Shown: positions 1 through 9,790 of the stretch, one piece after another
Layout: every line of letters begins with the position of its first letter
How positions within the stretch are numbered: position 1 is the stretch's first letter
Assembly: GCA_019187105.1 (NCBI GenBank)
Contig: JABAQM010000001.1
Location: 2,012,734 to 2,076,733 of the forward strand
DNA: 64,000 nt
Origin: Fimbriimonadaceae bacterium
GTDB taxonomy: Bacteria; Armatimonadota; Fimbriimonadia; Fimbriimonadales; Fimbriimonadaceae
Reading direction: 5' to 3'
Position numbers and translations under genes: made by a program
Notes under the pieces: model-generated
Database searches by the model: none
The model's input: the letters and a program-made list of their open reading frames with translations, nothing else
What the model was told of the DNA's origin: nothing

Positions 1-386
1 ACGAGAAGGAGGTTTCCGCCGACGACCTGTTGCGGATCTTCTTCACCACCCACGATCCCACGACGCTTAACCGCCAAGGTCCGGATAGCGGGACCCAGTA
101 TCGGTCGGTGATCTTCGTCGAGAGCGATGAGGACCGGGCAAGAGCGAAGCGGATCATCGACGAGATTTCGGCGGAGAAGCTCTATCCAAATCCGATCGTG
201 ACGACCATCGAGCCGCTTAAGAACTACTCGACCGCCGAGGCCTATCACCAGGACTATTTCAAGAAGTTCGAAACGGCGACGCCAGAGCAGATGGGCCGCA
301 TGAACGCGGGTTACTGCAAGGCGATCATCGAGCCGAAGATTCGGAAGTTTCGCGAGAAGTACGCGGCGAAGCTCCGGAAGAAGTAA
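1..386 (+). CDS. msrA: Peptide methionine sulfoxide reductase MsrA, C-terminal portion (5' end lies outside the window)
   Basis: The translation FFTTHDPTTLNRQGPDSGTQYRSVIF...AYHQDYF matches the conserved C-terminal half of MsrA. The reading frame is open back to the window start. Confidence 0.8.
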   Translation, partial: EKEVSADDLLRIFFTTHDPTTLNRQGPDSGTQYRSVIFVESDEDRARAKRIIDEISAEKLYPNPIVTTIEPLKNYSTAEAYHQDYFKKFETATPEQMGRMNAGYCKAIIEPKIRKFREKYAAKLRKK

Positions 387-407
387 TCGTCCTTTCGGTG
401 CGTTGGT

Positions 408-1232
408 CTACCTAACCGTTGCCCGACTGTTCGGATTCAGCAATGACCAACTTTCGAACAGTGGCAACTCCAACTGTTTGTCGGTGGTATGGGCCTTCGG
501 CGCCGCATAAGGCATGAACGCTGGGTCAAGGGTGAACAGACCCGGATTCATGTTTGCGCGAACCCACTGGTGGATTTCCGGAATCGTGAGGTCGATTGCT
601 CCAGAACCATGATACGGAATGCCGTTGTTCAAGATCGCGAAGCCGTAGTTCGGCAGCTGCCCGCCCCGCAGATTGAAGGCGTAAGAGATAACGCCGACGA
701 GCCGACCGTTGGCTAGGCATGCACCTCCCGAGTCTCCATTCACGCCCGCAGAATCGGGGTTGTCATCGAGCATGCTCACCAGGGCGGGTCCCAGGTTGAA
801 CATGCTCCACTTCTTGTGGACGATGTTCGTCGCGGCATGGCGGCCAAAGTTGCCATAGCGAATGTCGTATCCGTTTTTCGCCTGATTGACGTAGCCGATT
901 CCGCCATATCCCACCCAGGTGACCGGCGTTCCGATTGGGGCCGATGCGCCTAGCGGGCACCAGACGGGTAGGTCGCTCGCGAAGTTGAAGATCGCTAAGT
1001 CGTAATTGGGATGGTTGATCCGTTCGACTGCAGTGTAGATCTTGCCCATCACCTCAAACGTCAGCCCCGGCACGTGGCGAGCCGTAATCATCGAGCGAGG
1101 CGATATCGCGGTCCCCGATCCGCCGCCACATTCTCCGACATAAGGGTGCTGCTGGTCCACGCCTAAATCCGGAGTGATGCCTTGAACGCGGATAACGGCA
1201 ATCGCGAATCCAAGAACTGTAACGAACCTCAT
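408..1232 (-). CDS. Secreted trypsin-like (S1 family) serine protease
   Basis: The catalytic triad context is visible: TARHV (His), NYDLAIF (Asp) and GDSGGAC (Ser). There is an N-terminal hydrophobic signal, MRFVTVLGFAIAV. The start is set at the internal Met that carries the signal peptide; the ORF is open to 1280. Confidence 0.7.
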   Translation of the reverse strand: MRFVTVLGFAIAVIRVQGITPDLGVDQQHPYVGECGGGSGTAISPRSMITARHVPGLTFEVMGKIYTAVERINHPNYDLAIFNFASDLPVWCPLGASAPIGTPVTWVGYGGIGYVNQAKNGYDIRYGNFGRHAATNIVHKKWSMFNLGPALVSMLDDNPDSAGVNGDSGGACLANGRLVGVISYAFNLRGGQLPNYGFAILNNGIPYHGSGAIDLTIPEIHQWVRANMNPGLFTLDPAFMPYAAPKAHTTDKQLELPLFESWSLLNPNSRATVR

Positions 1233-1309
1233 TCGACTCTGATCCCGCTCCATCATATCATCGCCACAGACCTTTGCCAAATCCTGGGATCGGCGATCTG
1301 GGCACCGGT

Positions 1310-2701
1310 ATGCTTCCAGCCATGTCCGCCGTCGCCGAAGCCGTTTTGCGATCCGTCAACCCGGCTGACCCAGCTGATGTCGTCGGCGAAGTCAAGGTTT
1401 CCCGAGAAGACGACATTCGGGAGTCCTTTGATCGAGCCTCGAAAGCCTGGCTCCGGTGGCGATCCCTTACCGGCGTTGCAAGGGGGGACTCGCTCTTTGC
1501 CTGGGCCGAAGCAATAAACACCAGGCAACATGAACTGGCCGGCGAGCTTTGCCGCGAGGTCGGCAAGCCTATTGGCGAAGCCAAAGGCGAGGTCGCTCGA
1601 TGCGTCGCGATTCTCCGCTATTTCGCAGGCGAGGCGGTGCGAGCCCATGGCGCCGTAATCCCGTCTCAGTTTGCCGGAGCGACACAGTACAGCCGCCGAT
1701 CTCCCCTAGGGGCCGTCGGGCTCATCACTCCGTGGAACTTCCCCCTTGCGATCCCGATCTGGAAAGCGGCCCCCGCCCTCGCCTATGGCAACGTCGCCAT
1801 CCTGAAGCCCAGTGAATTCAGCCCGGTGATGGGCAGCCGCCTCGCCGAGACCGCGAACGTGCTCCCAGATGGCGTCTTCCAGGTCATTCAGGGTGGCGGC
1901 GATGTCGGCGCGGCCATGCTTGATCAAACCGGCCTGCAGGGCGTGAGCTTCACCGGTTCCATTCCCACGGGGAAGCGGATCGCGATCACCTGTGCGGAGC
2001 GGAACATCCGCTGCCAGACCGAGATGGGAGGCAAGAACGTGGGCATCGTGCTCGCCGACGCCGACCTGGATCGAGCCGCATCGCTGGTGGCTTCCGGCGC
2101 GATGCGATTTGCCGGTCAGAAGTGCACGGCGACGAGCCGCGTCGTCGTGGTGGAAGCGGTTGCCGACCGCTTCGTCGAAAAGCTGATCGAGGCGACCCGG
2201 GCGTTGCCGGTTCAGAGCCCGATGGAGCCGACCTGCGCGGTCGGACCGGTGATCCATGGCGATGCCCGCGAGCGCATCCTGAACTCAATCGCGAAGGCGG
2301 GCTCACCCGTATACCGAGCGGAGGAGATCCCGGAGCGCGGAAGCTTCGTGCCGCCCACGATCTTCGACCACGAGCACCCGGAAAGTGAGCTCGCTCAGGA
2401 AGAAATTTTCGGACCCGTGCTTGTGGTGATTCGCGTAAGGGATCCCGAAGAAGCTCTCCACGTCGCCAATGCCACCCGATTCGGTCTCAGTGCCGCCGTC
2501 TACACCACCAACCTAGGTCATGCGATGGCCTTTATCGACCGGATCGAAGCCGGCATGGTGCGCGTCAATGGCGACACCACCGGGGTGGATCCGCATGCGC
2601 CGTTCGGCGGCTACAAATGGAGCTCGTCCGGCACTCGCGAACAGGGGCCTGCCGCAATCGAGTTCTATACCCAGACGCAGACCATCCAGATCCAGCCATG
2701 A
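1310..2701 (+). CDS. NAD(P)-dependent aldehyde dehydrogenase family protein, possibly alpha-ketoglutarate semialdehyde dehydrogenase
   Basis: The ALDH superfamily fold is visible throughout, including the catalytic Cys context GQKCTATSR and EEIFGPVL. Its stop overlaps the start of the downstream proline-racemase-family gene (ATGA). The start is ambiguous among Met codons at 1274, 1310 and 1322. Confidence 0.75.
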   Translation: MLPAMSAVAEAVLRSVNPADPADVVGEVKVSREDDIRESFDRASKAWLRWRSLTGVARGDSLFAWAEAINTRQHELAGELCREVGKPIGEAKGEVARCVAILRYFAGEAVRAHGAVIPSQFAGATQYSRRSPLGAVGLITPWNFPLAIPIWKAAPALAYGNVAILKPSEFSPVMGSRLAETANVLPDGVFQVIQGGGDVGAAMLDQTGLQGVSFTGSIPTGKRIAITCAERNIRCQTEMGGKNVGIVLADADLDRAASLVASGAMRFAGQKCTATSRVVVVEAVADRFVEKLIEATRALPVQSPMEPTCAVGPVIHGDARERILNSIAKAGSPVYRAEEIPERGSFVPPTIFDHEHPESELAQEEIFGPVLVVIRVRDPEEALHVANATRFGLSAAVYTTNLGHAMAFIDRIEAGMVRVNGDTTGVDPHAPFGGYKWSSSGTREQGPAAIEFYTQTQTIQIQP

Positions 2702-3642
2702 CGCCTGATCGAATTCGCGTCATCGACAGCCACACCGAGGGCGAGCCGACGAGAGTCGTGGTGGAAGGCTTTCCCAATCTTATGGGGACGAGCATGGCCG
2801 AGCGCGTGGAGGACTTCCGCAAACGCCAGGACCATCTCCGCCGGGCGATCGTTTGCGAGCCCCGGGGCCACGAAGCCGTCGTCGGCGCACTGGTTACGCC
2901 CCCGGTCAATCCGGATTCAAACCTCGGCGTGATCTTCTTCAACGATATCGGCTATCTCGGCATGTGCGGGCACGGGCTGATCGGCCTCGCGGCGACGCTT
3001 GCTCATACGGGTCAGTGGACGGATGCGCTGCTGACGGTGGATACGCCGGTCGGCACGGTGACGGCACGCCGATCCGAGCGAGGGGTGGAGATCGAGAACG
3101 TACCCTCACGGTGCACCGCCATCGGGGTCCCTCTGCAAGTTCCCGGCCTCGGGCAGATTCACGGGAATGTGGCCTATGGCGGCAATTGGTTCTTCCTGGT
3201 GAACTGGCCTGAGGAGCTTCGCTATGCCGACCGCAGCCGGCTGCTGCAAATCGCGGAGCACATCCGCCAGTGCCTCCGGGAGACGCCACAGGACATCGAG
3301 GGTTGGGCGGAGATCGACCACATCGAGCTCTGCCATGCCCACGAGAATTTCGTCCTCTGCCCGGGTGCGGCGTACGACCGCTCCCCTTGTGGCACCGGCA
3401 CCTCGGCCCATATGGCGGCGATGCGGGCGCGTGGCGAGTTGGAACTCGAGGAGACCTGGACCCAGGTCGGCATCGCCGGAGGCAGCTTTGTGGGCTGGCT
3501 CGAGCTGCGTGACGGCGAGCTGATTCCACACCTGGTCGGCAGGGCGCATGTCACCGCCGAATCGACGCTGATCCTCGATGCCGAGGACCCATTCCGATTT
3601 GGCATCGAGGCGCCCTCGCAACGGCTCGCTGGTCCGTCATGA
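2698..3642 (+). CDS. Proline racemase family protein, 4-hydroxyproline 2-epimerase-like (two catalytic Cys)
   Basis: MTPDRIRVIDSHTEGEPTRVV is the typical family N-terminus. Both catalytic cysteines are present (LGMCGHG and SPCGTGTSA), which indicates an epimerase or racemase rather than a Thr-type dehydratase. The ATG overlaps the upstream ALDH stop. Confidence 0.75.
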   Translation: MTPDRIRVIDSHTEGEPTRVVVEGFPNLMGTSMAERVEDFRKRQDHLRRAIVCEPRGHEAVVGALVTPPVNPDSNLGVIFFNDIGYLGMCGHGLIGLAATLAHTGQWTDALLTVDTPVGTVTARRSERGVEIENVPSRCTAIGVPLQVPGLGQIHGNVAYGGNWFFLVNWPEELRYADRSRLLQIAEHIRQCLRETPQDIEGWAEIDHIELCHAHENFVLCPGAAYDRSPCGTGTSAHMAAMRARGELELEETWTQVGIAGGSFVGWLELRDGELIPHLVGRAHVTAESTLILDAEDPFRFGIEAPSQRLAGPS

Positions 3643-3650
3643 TTACGTAA

Positions 3651-5297
3651 GTGATTCGCGAGATCGCCGTTGAACAGATCGCCGTTATCGAATCCGCCCG
3701 GCTCGAGCTTGGTCCGGGGCTAACGGTGCTGACGGGCGAAACCGGTGCAGGGAAGTCGCTGCTCGTTGATGCGATCGAGCTCGCCCTCGGTGGCCGGGCC
3801 GATACCGACCAGATTCGAACCGGTGCGATGCGGGGCCGCGTGACGATGAACGTGGAAGGGGCAATCGCCAGCCGGCTGTTCGGCAGCAGCCCCGCGATGA
3901 TCGAACGCGAGATCCACCGCGAGGGCAGATCGAGCTGCCGCCTGAACGGGAAGCCGGCCTTGGTTGGCGAATTGCGCCAGCTCGGCAACGCGCTCGTCGA
4001 CCTTCACGGCCAGCACCAGCACCAGACGCTCCTCGACCCCTTGAGCCACGGCAGTTTCCTCGACGCTTGGATCGGAGAACCCGCGGCGAAGGCAAAGCAC
4101 GACGTGGCCGACGCCTTCGCCAAATGGCATGGCATCCAGACCCGTTTAGCCTCCCTCCGACGGGATCAGCGGGACCGCGATTCGCGCATCGACCTCCTTC
4201 GGTTTCAAGTCGACGAGATTGAGGCGGCGGCGCCCCTGATCGGCGAGTTCGAGGAACTGGAGGCGACGAGCTCGCGGTTTGCGCATGCCGAGAAGCTGAT
4301 GGCAATCGTGCAGCAAGTCCTCGCCGGTCTTTATGAAGACGAGCTGGCGGCGCGTGACCGCGTCGGCGATGCCGCCAAGCTACTGGAGGCGGGCGCGGCT
4401 CTCGATCCCGAGCTCAGCATCGTCGCCGAGCCGATTCGAGACGCCCGCTATTCGCTGGAGGAGGGGCTGGCCAGGCTGGGCGAATACCGCGATCGCCTGG
4501 AATACGAGCCCGCGGAAGCGGACCGCATCGCCGAGCGACTCGACCTGCTGAAGAACCTGCGCCGCAAGTACGGACCCGACGAGGCGGCCGTCATCGCCTA
4601 TCTGGACCAGGCCCGCACCGAGCTTTCCGCCCTGACCGACACTCAGTACACAGAGGAGGAACTTCTACGGCAAGCGGAACAGGCGGAAGCCGATTTTCGG
4701 GAGAAGGCGGGTGGCCTGACCGCCCTTAGAACCGGCGCCGCCAAGCCCTTCGCCAAGGTCGTGGTGGCCGAGCTTCGCGAACTGGCGATGGAAAAGGCGG
4801 AGTTCGATGTGTCGCTTTCGCCGCGCCCGGCAGATGGCGATGGGGTGGATGCGATCGAGTTCCTCTTTAGCGCCAATCCCGGAGAGACGGTCCGTCCTCT
4901 CGCCAAAATCGCGAGCGGCGGCGAGATGTCGCGGGTGATGCTGGCCCTCAAGGTGTGCCTGGCCGGTAAAGCGGGTGTTCCTTGCCTGATTTTCGACGAA
5001 GTGGATGCGGGGTTGAGCGGAAACGCGGCGGCCACGGTGGCGCGCAAGCTGGGCGAGCTTGCCCAGCATGTTCAGGTGGTCGCGATCAGCCACCTGCCCC
5101 AGGTCGCCGCAAACGCCGATACCCACTACCGGATCGAGAAGGTGGTCGAATCGGGACGGACGCAGACGCGGCTGCGCCTGTTGGACCCCGACGAGCGGGT
5201 CGTCGAACTGGCAAGGATGCTGAGCGGCGATTCGGTGACGGAGGCGGCTAAAGCCAACGCCCGCGAGCTGCTGGCGATGCGCCTTTCACTTGCTTAG
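3651..5297 (+). CDS. recN: DNA repair protein RecN
   Basis: GTG start MIREIAVEQIAVIESARLELGPGLTVLTGETGAGKS (Walker A). It has the long coiled-coil middle region and a C-terminal SMC-like signature region, DEVDAGLSG. Confidence 0.85.
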   Translation: MIREIAVEQIAVIESARLELGPGLTVLTGETGAGKSLLVDAIELALGGRADTDQIRTGAMRGRVTMNVEGAIASRLFGSSPAMIEREIHREGRSSCRLNGKPALVGELRQLGNALVDLHGQHQHQTLLDPLSHGSFLDAWIGEPAAKAKHDVADAFAKWHGIQTRLASLRRDQRDRDSRIDLLRFQVDEIEAAAPLIGEFEELEATSSRFAHAEKLMAIVQQVLAGLYEDELAARDRVGDAAKLLEAGAALDPELSIVAEPIRDARYSLEEGLARLGEYRDRLEYEPAEADRIAERLDLLKNLRRKYGPDEAAVIAYLDQARTELSALTDTQYTEEELLRQAEQAEADFREKAGGLTALRTGAAKPFAKVVVAELRELAMEKAEFDVSLSPRPADGDGVDAIEFLFSANPGETVRPLAKIASGGEMSRVMLALKVCLAGKAGVPCLIFDEVDAGLSGNAAATVARKLGELAQHVQVVAISHLPQVAANADTHYRIEKVVESGRTQTRLRLLDPDERVVELARMLSGDSVTEAAKANARELLAMRLSLA

Positions 5298-5302
5298 CTT
5301 GG

Positions 5303-5887
5303 CTACCGGACGACTTCGGCAAGTTCGACGTGAGCGACCCAGTCGCGGAATTGGGCGATGTGCTCTTCGACTTTCTGTTTCGATCCGCCAATGCCGCAAA
5401 GGGTGAACACGTAGGTCGAATTCCCCTGAACCAGGTAGGCGGTAACGACGCGCCGATCGGGTGCTTGGCGGTCGGTCACCGGGGCGATCCAGCGGGGGCC
5501 GACGATCGACTCCAGCTCGAACGCGCTCCAGCCCTTCAATCGTTCACGGGTGAGGTTGATGAACTGCGTGGCGAGCGCCTGGCCGTCCATGCCGGGTTCG
5601 GTGCGGGTAGCGGCGACCGACTCGTTGCGCGCGCATCGCATCGTCACGCCGGAAGTCGGGTGTACGTACATCGAAACCGTCATCGGTCCCGTTCGCTGGG
5701 GAAGCCAGCCGCGGGGATAGGGGGCCATGACGACGAAATTGCGGTTGTCGCCAAGGGCTGCCAGACGCTGGGTTCGATAACTCCACGCCGTGCTGATCGC
5801 CAGCAAACCGCCGACGCCGATTGCGAAGAGGACAGCAGGCCGGGCCCGGTGTCGCATGCGTCCATTGTATCGGCGAATCCCCATCAA
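5303..5887 (-). CDS. Hypothetical membrane-anchored protein
   Basis: It has an N-terminal transmembrane helix, ARPAVLFAIGVGGLLAISTAW, followed by a soluble domain. No recognisable family motif was found. Confidence 0.4.
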   Translation of the reverse strand: MMGIRRYNGRMRHRARPAVLFAIGVGGLLAISTAWSYRTQRLAALGDNRNFVVMAPYPRGWLPQRTGPMTVSMYVHPTSGVTMRCARNESVAATRTEPGMDGQALATQFINLTRERLKGWSAFELESIVGPRWIAPVTDRQAPDRRVVTAYLVQGNSTYVFTLCGIGGSKQKVEEHIAQFRDWVAHVELAEVVR

Positions 5888-5930
5888 CTGCCCATGAATT
5901 TGTACGGGACGCTACAATTGTCACGTTTCG

Positions 5931-6761
5931 ATGGCCAATCTCAAGCGCAAAATCAAGGATTCCGGTTTGGGACGCTGGCTCTTGATGCCGTCGAGGCTGC
6001 GTACCGCCTTTACCAACGGGCAACCGAGCCTGGGAGCGCGGCTCTCGTGGCTGTTTCGGTCCAGAGAGACGGCGAACTTCACCTACGAAACGACGGAGTT
6101 GGGCAAGCGGCACCTAGCCGATTTCGTCGCTCTCGTAACGGGCATCGAGGCGCCGGCGGCTCGTGGCTTTATCGACGAGCTGGCTTCGGATCAGGAGTTT
6201 TCGCGATTCGTCCGAGAGCGGACAGAGGCCGGACCCTGGAAACATTCGAGCGACCCGCTGGGCCGCCCGGCGAAGCGCTACCTTTACTATGCGTTCGCGC
6301 GCGCCCTAAAGCCCCGGTTGATTCTCGAAGCGGGGATGGACAAGGGTCTAGGAACGTGCATCCTCAATCTCGCCGCCAGGCGAAACGTGGCGGAGGGTCA
6401 TCCCTGCGAGGTGGTCGGGTTGGACCAGGACTTGGATCGGGTGTTTCTCGCCGTTGAACCTTGGGTGCCCCGGGAAAGCCTGCAAATCGGGGATTCGCCG
6501 ACCTTGATCACGGGGCTGGGACGGCCGATCGATCTCTTCATCCACGACACGACCAACGATCCCGACCATGAACGGCAGCAGTTTGCGGCCCTCGAAGGGG
6601 CTCTGGCGTCGGATGGGGTCGTCATCAGCGCATGGCATACGGAGGCTCTCCGCGAATTCGCAGACCGGACGGGAAGAATGTGCCTCATGTTTCAGGACAG
6701 CCCCCAGGGTCACTGGTATCCCGGGAGCAAGCTCGGTGTCGTGTTCGCACGGCGGCGGTAG
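5931..6761 (+). CDS. Hypothetical protein, possible class I SAM-dependent methyltransferase fold
   Basis: A glycine-rich stretch, ILEAGMDKGLGTCIL, followed by acidic residues (VVGLDQD) resembles methyltransferase motif I and post-I. The assignment is weak. Confidence 0.4.
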   Translation: MANLKRKIKDSGLGRWLLMPSRLRTAFTNGQPSLGARLSWLFRSRETANFTYETTELGKRHLADFVALVTGIEAPAARGFIDELASDQEFSRFVRERTEAGPWKHSSDPLGRPAKRYLYYAFARALKPRLILEAGMDKGLGTCILNLAARRNVAEGHPCEVVGLDQDLDRVFLAVEPWVPRESLQIGDSPTLITGLGRPIDLFIHDTTNDPDHERQQFAALEGALASDGVVISAWHTEALREFADRTGRMCLMFQDSPQGHWYPGSKLGVVFARRR

Positions 6762-6794
6762 ACGTCAGGGCGGCAATCATGATAAAATCGTAAA

Positions 6795-6826
6795 GATTCT
6801 GCGCAGAAATCTGCGTAGTAAGAATC
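6795..6826. promoter_or_regulatory. Imperfect palindrome upstream of sufC (GATTCT-N20-AGAATC containing CTGCGCAG), candidate operator
   Basis: The inverted repeat lies in the 75-nt AT-richer leader of sufCD. The CTGCGCAG core is itself a palindrome. Confidence 0.2.
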
Positions 6827-6836
6827 GACCTCCCCT

Positions 6837-7595
6837 ATGCTGACGATTTCCAATTTGCATGCCGGTATTGAGGGCCACGAGATCCTGAAGGGCGTTAGCC
6901 TCAAGATCAATCCGGGCGAAGTTCACGCGATCATGGGGCCGAACGGCTCAGGGAAGAGCACGCTTGCCCAGGTCCTTGCTGGACGCGACGAGTATGAGGT
7001 GTCCGAAGGGTCGGTGACACTTGCCGGCGAAGACCTCTTCGAAATGGATCCCGAGATCCGAGCCGCCAACGGCCTCTTCCTCGCCTTCCAGTACCCGGTC
7101 GAGATTCCCGGCGTAAGCAACACCTACTTCCTGCGCGCCGGTCTCAATGCCATTCGCAAGCAGCGCGGCGAGCGGGAGCTGGATGCCCTGCAGTTCCTCT
7201 CGATGATCAAGGAGAAGATCAAGCTTCTCGACCTCGATGAGACCCTCCTGCAACGGTCCGTCAACGAAGGATTTTCCGGCGGTGAGAAGAAGCGGAACGA
7301 GATCTTCCAGATGGCCGTTCTCGAACCGCGGATGTGCGTGCTCGACGAGACCGACAGCGGCCTCGACATCGACGCCTTGCGCACCGTTGCCCATGGTGTG
7401 AATTCGCTGCGATCTCCGGACCGCGCGTTTCTAGTCATCACCCACTATCAGCGCCTTCTCGAATACATCGTCCCCGACTACGTTCATATCCTGATGGATG
7501 GCCGCATCGTCAGGTCGGGTGGCAAGGAGCTTGCGCTCGAGCTGGAAGCGCAGGGCTACGGATGGCTGGAGGAGGAATTGGCCGCCAAGGCCTAA
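6837..7595 (+). CDS. sufC: Fe-S cluster assembly ATPase SufC
   Basis: MLTISNLHAGIEGHEILKGVSLKINPGEVHAIMGPNGSGKSTL, an ABC signature FSGGEKKRNEI and a D-loop are present. Confidence 0.9.
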   Translation: MLTISNLHAGIEGHEILKGVSLKINPGEVHAIMGPNGSGKSTLAQVLAGRDEYEVSEGSVTLAGEDLFEMDPEIRAANGLFLAFQYPVEIPGVSNTYFLRAGLNAIRKQRGERELDALQFLSMIKEKIKLLDLDETLLQRSVNEGFSGGEKKRNEIFQMAVLEPRMCVLDETDSGLDIDALRTVAHGVNSLRSPDRAFLVITHYQRLLEYIVPDYVHILMDGRIVRSGGKELALELEAQGYGWLEEELAAKA

Positions 7596-7602
7596 GCAAC
7601 CT

Positions 7603-8898
7603 ATGGCATCGGCAATTCACCAACGAACTTTGACCTCGATAACCGGATTCGACTTTGAGCTCGGAGAGCGGAAGGGCTTTCGTGAGCTCCGCGAGCGCGC
7701 TCTTCGCCACCATGTCGAGCTCGGGATTCCCACGATCAAACATGAGGAGTGGAAGTACACCAGCCTGCGATCGGTGACGGATTCGGTGTTTGCCGCACCG
7801 GTGGAATTCGCTGTCGACGAACAGTTCGTCGAGACCCTCGTTTTCGGTGACGATCCCGTTCGGGTCGTGATGGTGAATGGCCGCTTTCACGAGGACCTGA
7901 CGTCGTCCTTGCGCCACATCGACGGCTTGCACGTTCGCTTGCTTGACTGCGCCCTGGACCAGGCTTCGGACGTGCTCTCCGAGCACTTCGGCAAATATGC
8001 GTCGATCGACGACCACACGTTTGCGGCCCTCAATACGGCCGGCTTCGAAGACATGGTGCTCGTCCACTTGGAGCCGGGAACGAAGCTCGAACGGCCGCTG
8101 CAGCTGGTCTGGCTGACCGACGCCTCACGACCAACCGTCTCGATGCCGCGGGTTCTGATCGTTGCCGAAGAGGGAGCCGAGGCTACGATTCTCGAGACTC
8201 ATGCTTCGGTTGGCGCCGCCAAGACCCTGACGTTGCCGGTCGTGGAGATGGCGATCGCCCCGAATGCGAACATCGAGCACATCAAGATTCAGCGCGAGAA
8301 CCACCAGGCGATCCACATTGCCCAGACCGCGGTTCGTCAAGCCGCCGACAGCAGCCTGAACTCCTATAGCGTTACGTTTGGGGGCTCACTCACGCGGAAC
8401 GATCTGAACGTCTTCTTGGCCGGTTCGAATACCCATTGCCGGATGGACGGCATCGTGATTTTGAATGGCGAGCAGCATGCAGACAACCACACCAGGCTCG
8501 ACCACGCCATGCCGCATTGCGACAGCTTCGAGGTGTACAAACACGTGCTCGACGACAAGTCGCACGGCGTGTTCAACGGCAAGATATTCGTTCACCAGGA
8601 TGCCCAGAAAACGGATGCGAAGCAGACCAACCAGACAATCCTGCTGAGCCGGACCGCAGAGATCGACACGAAGCCGCAGCTCGAGATCTACGCGGATGAC
8701 GTAAAGTGCACGCACGGCGCCACGGTGGGCCAGCTCCGAGAAGATGCGTTGTTCTACCTTCGCGCTCGCGGCATTCCCGAAGGGCAAGCCCGGGCGATGC
8801 TGGTGTACGCGTTTGCCGCCGAGGTGCTGGAGCGAATCTCCGTGGCCTCGGTGCGCGACGGGTTGGAAGCGATTCTGTTCGAAAAGCTCGACCGATAG
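7603..8898 (+). CDS. sufD: Fe-S cluster assembly protein SufD (SufB/SufD family)
   Basis: It lies immediately downstream of sufC, with the ATG 8 nt after the sufC stop. The 431-aa length and C-terminal beta-helix region fit SufD better than SufB. The ORF has an upstream extension to 7498. Confidence 0.75.
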   Translation: MASAIHQRTLTSITGFDFELGERKGFRELRERALRHHVELGIPTIKHEEWKYTSLRSVTDSVFAAPVEFAVDEQFVETLVFGDDPVRVVMVNGRFHEDLTSSLRHIDGLHVRLLDCALDQASDVLSEHFGKYASIDDHTFAALNTAGFEDMVLVHLEPGTKLERPLQLVWLTDASRPTVSMPRVLIVAEEGAEATILETHASVGAAKTLTLPVVEMAIAPNANIEHIKIQRENHQAIHIAQTAVRQAADSSLNSYSVTFGGSLTRNDLNVFLAGSNTHCRMDGIVILNGEQHADNHTRLDHAMPHCDSFEVYKHVLDDKSHGVFNGKIFVHQDAQKTDAKQTNQTILLSRTAEIDTKPQLEIYADDVKCTHGATVGQLREDALFYLRARGIPEGQARAMLVYAFAAEVLERISVASVRDGLEAILFEKLDR

Positions 8899-8899
8899 A

Positions 8900-9790
8900 T
8901 CAGACTTGCTTTCCGATAGCTGCCTCGATGACGGCGATGGCCTCGTCGAGCCGTTCACTGGCAGCGGGTTGAAGCGGTAATCGCAGTCGGTCGCTATCGA
9001 GGATCCCCCACCGAGCCAGGATTCCCTTGTTGAGTGCCGGCTGGGGGCCGCTCCTGATCGCCTTGAGAGCGGGGAGCAAGAGGTCGAACTTCGTCTTTGC
9101 CGATTCCTTGCCGCCCCGGCGGTATTCATCGATGATGGTGGCGAGCCACTTGGCGACAAGATTGGCGGCGCCACTGATCGTTCCGGTCCAACCGGCTTCC
9201 AAGGCATCCCAAAGCAGCGTTTCATCGCCGACGAACAACGATTGGTTCGGCAGTAGCTCTCGGTAGAGAACGAGGTTTTCTCGCTCGCCGCTGCTGTCCT
9301 TTAAGCCGGCTAGGCAGTCGTGTTGTGCGAGGCGCCCGACGATGACGGGTGTCAACGTTATTCCCGTCATTTTCGGGAAGTTGTAGGCAAGGGTCGGCAA
9401 AGGGGACGCGTCGAGAAGCGCAAGAAACCAGTCGGCAATTCCCGTTTCGGACACCGTCCGAAAGTAGGCTGGCGGCATGACCAGAATCGCGCTGGCGCCG
9501 AACTCATGTGCTCGCTTTGACAGCCAGATCGCCTCGTCCAAGCTTGGCGTCGCGATGCCGAGAATCCTGCGCAGGGGGGTCTGGACGTCACGGATCTGGT
9601 CCCGCTTTTCCACCGCGCTGAGGCTGGGCCCCTCGCCGTTCGTCCCGGCGAGCACCACGCCCTGGCATCCTGCTGCCTCGAACCAGGCCATCAGCTTCGC
9701 CGATTGCACCACGTCGATTCGCCCCTTGGTGTCGAAGGGAGTAATCGCGGCCGGATAGACCCCGGAAGGCAGCAATTCAGGCGCGGGCAT
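8900..9790 (-). CDS. DapA/DHDPS-family lyase (4-hydroxy-tetrahydrodipicolinate synthase-like)
   Basis: MPAPELLPSGVYPAAITPF...VVLAGTNGEG shows the family fold. The start is set 8 nt downstream of the tgt stop. The motif reads GTNGEG rather than the canonical GTTGE. Confidence 0.7.
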   Translation of the reverse strand: MPAPELLPSGVYPAAITPFDTKGRIDVVQSAKLMAWFEAAGCQGVVLAGTNGEGPSLSAVEKRDQIRDVQTPLRRILGIATPSLDEAIWLSKRAHEFGASAILVMPPAYFRTVSETGIADWFLALLDASPLPTLAYNFPKMTGITLTPVIVGRLAQHDCLAGLKDSSGERENLVLYRELLPNQSLFVGDETLLWDALEAGWTGTISGAANLVAKWLATIIDEYRRGGKESAKTKFDLLLPALKAIRSGPQPALNKGILARWGILDSDRLRLPLQPAASERLDEAIAVIEAAIGKQV

